A stretch of DNA of 64,000 nt from Gammaproteobacteria bacterium (GTDB lineage Bacteria; Pseudomonadota; Gammaproteobacteria; Nevskiales; Nevskiaceae): contig JAPLSA010000016.1 in assembly GCA_026398815.1 (NCBI GenBank), positions 61,922 to 125,921 on the forward strand, read 5' to 3'. Both the position numbers and the translations under genes were made by a program. Below, one piece after another: positions 62,285 to 64,000 of the stretch (position 1 is the stretch's first letter; every line of letters starts with the position of its first letter). A model generated the notes under the pieces. That model saw nothing but the letters and a program-made list of their open reading frames with translations, made no database searches and was not told the DNA's origin.

Positions 62285-64000
62285 CGCGCGGTCTCCGGCG
62301 CCGTGCCGGGCAGTGCCTCGAGCCAGGCGCGGCCGGCGGCATCGGGCTGGCGCCGCGCCGTCACCGCCGCCGCCGGCTCCGGCAGCAGCGGCCAGAGACG
62401 CGCGGCCAGCGCCCGCCGGCAGTCGCTGCAGGCGGGATCGCGACGCAGGCGATCGGCATCGGCCAGCAGGCCGAGCGCGTCGGGCGTCTCCGGATGCGCC
62501 TGCAGCCAGGCCAGCAGCGGCGCGGTGTCGACCGGCAAGCGACGGGCGTCGTCGAGCTGGCGCAGCAGCGCCGGCACCGGCGTGTCGTCATCGACGCGCG
62601 GATCGAGCGCGCGGCTGGAATCGGTCAGACCGGCACGCTCGCCGCTGAGCCGGCGCGTGGCATCGAACGGCGGCAGCTCCAGTCCGGTGCGCGCCAGATG
62701 GATGCGCTCGGCCTGCTGCACCTGCTTGATCAGCGTCAGCGCCTTGTACTCGTACGGCAGCGCCGCATCGGGCCGGGCCTGGCGCAGCTGCAGCTCGGCC
62801 TGCCACATCTCGTTCAGCGCGGCGCGCAGCAGCTGCTTGGTGGCCGGGTCCATCAGGGTCGCGGCTTCCGATTCGTTGTGGACGTGGCCGTAGTCGTGCA
62901 GCAGGTCGCCTTCCGTGCCGAACGCGGCCGGCGCAGCGGTCTCGGCCGTCTCCTCGTGCGGCCGGCCGCTCTCGAATTCCTCGCCGAGAAACTCGCCGTA
63001 GCGCAGGCGCAGCAGCTTCTGGTCGACGCCGAGCGCATCGGCGTCCTTCAGCAAGCGCTCGGCGCTGATCGTCGGCCGCGCCGCCTGCAGCGCCTCGGTG
63101 TCGAGAATGATCTGCCGCTGGCTGCGGAAGTAGGCCGGCGCGACCTTCTGCACCGCCCCTTCCAGGCCTTCGCTCAGGGCGCCGCCGGCGGCCGGCCAGC
63201 GCAGGATCAGGCTCGGGCTCTGGCTGCGCTGCGGCGTCGGCGCTCGGCGATCGCTGACTGCCAGCTGCACGATCAGGTCGTCGCCCTGCGCGTAGCCGAG
63301 CGCCTTCAGGTCGAGCGTCGTCCGGTAGCGGCGGCGGCGATCGTCGCCGTCCCCGTCGAGCGGCAGGCGCTGCTCGCGCAGCTTCAGCTGATCGCCCGCG
63401 CCCTGCGCCAGCCGCAGGCTCAGCTCGGCTGCGCCGAGGCCGTAGTCGTCGCGGGCTTCGAAGTCGAGCGACCACTCGGCCGGCGCGGCATCGACCACGG
63501 TCAGCGTCTGCGCCGGCGCGTGGACGAGGATCTCGGGCGGCTGGTCGGCGCGCGCATCGAGCCGGTAGCCGCGATCGTCGGCCAGCGCCGCCGCCCCGCC
63601 GAGCTCGATCCGGTACAGGCTGGCGCGGTCGATCACCCGGCTGCCGGTCCAGGCCGTGCCGTCGCGCGCCAGCGGCAGGCGGCTGCCGTCGTGAAAGCGC
63701 AGCGCCACCGCGTCGGCGCGGCGATCGAGCGTCAGCCGCCAGTCGACCCGGCTGCCGGCGGGCAGCGCGGCATCCAGCGCCTCCACCGTGTGCTGCGGCA
63801 GGCCGGTGTAGGCCGGCGGCTGGATCGCCAGCCGCGCCAGCACGATCCGCGTGCCGCTGCCGTCGGCCGGCTGGCCTGCGGCCTGCGGCAGTGCCGGCAG
63901 CGCGGCACCGAGCCGCGACCACAGCGGCGCGCCGGCGACCAGCAGCAGCGCCACCGCCAGCAGCCGCAGCAGCCGGCGACGCGGCCACGGCCGGCGCAGC
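62281..64000 (-). CDS. DUF4175-like membrane-anchored protein, 5' end beyond the right window edge
   Basis: The frame stays open to the window end (..LRRPWPRRRLLRLLAVALLLVAG TM). Downstream blocks PAYFRSQRQIILDTE, HDYGHVHNESE, LNEMWQAELQLRQ and LIKQVQQAERIHLARTG are as I remember for DUF4175 proteins. Confidence 0.5.
   Translation of the reverse strand, partial: LRRPWPRRRLLRLLAVALLLVAGAPLWSRLGAALPALPQAAGQPADGSGTRIVLARLAIQPPAYTGLPQHTVEALDAALPAGSRVDWRLTLDRRADAVALRFHDGSRLPLARDGTAWTGSRVIDRASLYRIELGGAAALADDRGYRLDARADQPPEILVHAPAQTLTVVDAAPAEWSLDFEARDDYGLGAAELSLRLAQGAGDQLKLREQRLPLDGDGDDRRRRYRTTLDLKALGYAQGDDLIVQLAVSDRRAPTPQRSQSPSLILRWPAAGGALSEGLEGAVQKVAPAYFRSQRQIILDTEALQAARPTISAERLLKDADALGVDQKLLRLRYGEFLGEEFESGRPHEETAETAAPAAFGTEGDLLHDYGHVHNESEAATLMDPATKQLLRAALNEMWQAELQLRQARPDAALPYEYKALTLIKQVQQAERIHLARTGLELPPFDATRRLSGERAGLTDSSRALDPRVDDDTPVPALLRQLDDARRLPVDTAPLLAWLQAHPETPDALGLLADADRLRRDPACSDCRRALAARLWPLLPEPAAAVTARRQPDAAGRAWLEALPGTAPETAR

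Overview
High-G+C proteobacterial chromosome segment. LpxH, CsrA, EttA and the alaS-lysC-csrA-tRNASer-tRNAArg arrangement point to a Beta- or Gammaproteobacterium. I support about 58 protein genes, 2 tRNAs, 1 pseudogene remnant and a few terminators. Layout: (1) 1-5.8 kb is a minus-strand operon that looks like a bacterial ceramide/sphingolipid core (SPT, ACP, CerR-like SDR, acyl-ACP synthetase-like ligase), preceded by a MOP flippase and a DUF1993 gene. The SPT gene is absent from the ORF track because it runs off the left edge, so I translated it by hand. (2) 5.8-16.2 kb is housekeeping: threonine dehydratase, ettA, two tRNAs, csrA, lysC, alaS, a DinB-fold protein and a UbiB/ABC1 kinase. (3) 16.7-36.6 kb is a mosaic Wzx/Wzy-type polysaccharide locus: UDP-xylose, UDP-Gal, GDP-fucose and 6-deoxyhexose genes, several GTs including a tandem paralog pair, two FkbM-type methyltransferases, wzy, wzx, wzz and wzi. 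Its central part is visibly AT-richer and it contains a decayed sugar-transferase remnant. (4) 37.7-42.0 kb is a ~1437-aa secreted S8 protease with a P-domain, Ig-like repeats, Calx-beta and a GlyGly-CTERM-like tail. (5) 42.3-51.2 kb holds dusA, lpxH, SCP2, rsmJ, small redox/phosphatase genes, USP, bestrophin, a PAS histidine kinase with a LuxR regulator, and ppnP. (6) 51.3-58.4 kb holds DUF2891, DUF979/DUF969, DUF2490 and a fused eukaryote-type 5-oxoprolinase. (7) 58.5-64 kb holds fadH and two Bat/MoxR-context-like membrane proteins. I saw no CRISPR array, rRNA, transposase or integrase. Many long ORFs in the track are antisense or out-of-frame artefacts of the high G+C. I cannot point to one clear-cut new system. 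The best leads are the flippase/DUF1993-coupled sphingolipid operon, the GlyGly-CTERM mega-protease beside the polysaccharide locus, and the DUF969/DUF979-oxoprolinase neighbourhood. All family calls rest on motif recognition from memory, not on searches.
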